Origin: Reclinomonas americana ATCC 50394
Lineage: Eukaryota
Length of the DNA stretch: 43,757 nucleotides
NCBI GenBank assembly: GCA_048213135.1
Contig: PS015207.1
Span: 48,961 to 92,717, forward strand
Direction: 5' to 3'
In this document: positions 41,992 to 43,757 of the stretch, in pieces
Layout: every line of letters starts with the position of its first letter
Numbering within the stretch: the first letter of the stretch is position 1
Notes under the pieces: model-generated
Database searches by the model: none
What the model was told of the DNA's origin: nothing
Seen by the model: the letters and a program-made list of their open reading frames with translations, nothing else
Made by a program: the position numbers and the translations under genes

Positions 41992-42009
41992 GATAAGAAT
42001 GAGACTGCA

Positions 42010-42395
42010 ATGAACGCTCTTCTTGGCTACTTGCGCGAGGCACTGACTGAGCTGGTCACTGAGGACGGGCTGTGTGTGTTTGGCGAGGGACTCGGCGTGG
42101 AGAAGGCGCTGTTGTATGTGGTAAAGTTGAGTTTGACCTCGGGCGAGCGAGTGGTGGAGGCGACTCTCACGTGTGCGTGCACACACACAGAGGGTTTTGT
42201 CAGGCGGAGACGCGTGAGTTGGTGTTCTTGTTGAACTTTGAGTCGGCGGAGGAGGAGGCGTACTTGTGGCAGTTGTCTGCATTGGTGAGCAAGAGAGAGA
42301 GGAATGCTCCGCACACACAGTGCTGACGAGGAGTGCATTGCAGGGCGCACAGCGATTGCCGCGAGTGATCAACACGGATGTGTCGAGTGCTGAGC

Positions 42396-42432
<37 letters not shown>

Positions 42433-42639
42433 CCTTGTTGCTTTGGTGATCTGTGACTGACGTTGTGTTGATCGCAGTGGCGAGTTGTACGCTCGTGGTG
42501 GTTGCTTTCTCGTCACGTCGCGCATCCTCGTGGTCGACTTTCTGCAGCGTCGAGTGCCGGTGGATCGGCTGGCCGGCTTTATCGTCAATCATGCTGAGAG
42601 GTTCTTCTCTTTCTAGTCATCATCATCTTCCTCTTCTTC

Positions 42640-42671
<32 letters not shown>

Positions 42672-43757
42672 CTTCTTCTTCTTCTTCTTCTTCTTNNNNN
42701 NNNNNNNNNNNNNNNNNNNNNNNNNNNTCTACTTCCCCTTCTCCTCCCTCCTCCTCCTCCTCCTCCCCTCCTCCTCCTCCTCCTCTCACCTCCCACGCGC
42801 GCATCTGTAGAGTCACCGACACATCAACAGAGGCCTTTATCCTGCGCCTGTTTCGCCAGCAAAAGCCAGATGGGTTCGTCAAGGCGTTCTCCGAGGCGCC
42901 GGCCAGCTTCTCTCGTGGGTTTGCCACCGTGGAGAAGACGCTGCGCAACTTGCAAGTGCGGCGGCTGTATCTGTGGCCGCGGTGAGCTCGTCACCTTTTC
43001 CTCCCCTCTCCCCTCTCTTGCCCATCTGACCTCTCTGTCTCTCAGCAACCACGTGTCGGTCGTGCGTGCGCTGGAGGCGTGCCCGATGGATGTGGTGGAG
43101 GTGGCGCAGCCGCTGACGGAACTCATGCAACGCATCCAGGATGCGTTGGTCCGCATCATGACGGCGTGCCTGAACGAGCTCAAGACCGCCAACAAGTGTC
43201 TGGATCTGCCGGAGCTCACCGTCGACAATTGCATGCTGCGCTCGTTCGACTTTCTCGTTCGCAGTCAACTCAATCCGCAGTGGCATCGTCTCGGCCCGAC
43301 CACCAAGCAACTCGTCTCCGACCTGGCCGTGCTGCGCAAGCTGCTGCGACTGCTGTACGACTACGACTGCGTTGGCTTTTTTGACTTTCTGCAGGCGGCG
43401 CGCGACTCACATTTCACCACCAACTCGCTGTGGCTGCTGACCGACCCCGCTCACACCCTGTTCCAGGCGGCCAAGGACCGCGTGTTTAATCTCCTGTGTG
43501 CCGCCGTCAAGAGACCAGCAGAGAGCACGGCAGTGGCGTCGCCGGCTCGCAAGCGCCGAAAGGGTGGTGACGGGGAGGTGGATGGGGAGGTGGAGGCTGC
43601 AGGCAAAGAAGAGGAAGAGGAAGAGGAAGAAGAAGAGGCGATGGTGGAGGACGAGGATAAGGAAGAGAAGAGCACGCCTTCTGCATCTGGTGATACCGCT
43701 GGCAAAGGCGCATTGTCGGAGATGGTCATCAATGGTTGGTCCGCACATGCTTTGTGC
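42010..43757 (+). CDS. ERCC4: DNA repair endonuclease XPF (Rad1/Rad16), N-terminal helicase-like part; runs off the window
   Basis: EDGLCVFGEGLG; ELYARGGCFLVTSRILVVDFL; STEAFILRLFRQQKPDGFVKAFS; LRNLQVRRLYLWPR; QLNPQWHRLGPTTKQLVSDLAVLRKLL..YDCVGF. Confidence 0.95.
42615..42785. repeat. (TTC)n/(TCC)n tract with an N-gap inside an XPF intron
   Basis: Direct. Confidence 0.85.

Noticed and set aside
42121-42203. XPF intron 1 as another shifted donor (GTTGAGT at 42126)
   Set aside because: An alternative GTAAAG donor at 42121 with the acceptor at 42203 also keeps the frame, so it is ambiguous and was not counted.

Overview
This is a draft-assembly window (8 N-gaps) from an intron-rich, gene-dense microbial eukaryote with short GT-AG introns (mostly about 45-90 nt) and many (CT)n/(CA)n tracts. 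The species cannot be identified from the sequence. The ORF track is largely misleading because real genes are spliced, so I rebuilt gene models by hand and outer coordinates are approximate where stated. The right half (22.6-43.8 kb) is a housekeeping block: Rab2, an ABHD1/3-YheT alpha/beta-hydrolase, a tandem PsbP/DcrB-fold-like protein, COG7, an MGC-acylated orphan, MCM9, an intronless P-loop NTPase with two compensating frameshifts, a small acidic protein with a Sororin-like motif, and XPF/ERCC4 (3'-truncated). The left half is accessory: an EGF + Asp-box beta-propeller gene, a decayed transposon-like zone, a ~9 kb membrane-anchored M36 metalloprotease with a myxobacterial-looking core fused to EGF/cadherin-like/TM/Pro-rich modules, and an island of Crinkler/RHS-type (CR) NTPase-restriction-endonuclease effectors. 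The most notable signals are the CR effector island, the chimeric M36 surface protease, and a recurrent shifted 5' splice-site class (GTTGCGY). Family assignments rest on motif recognition only; no database search was run.
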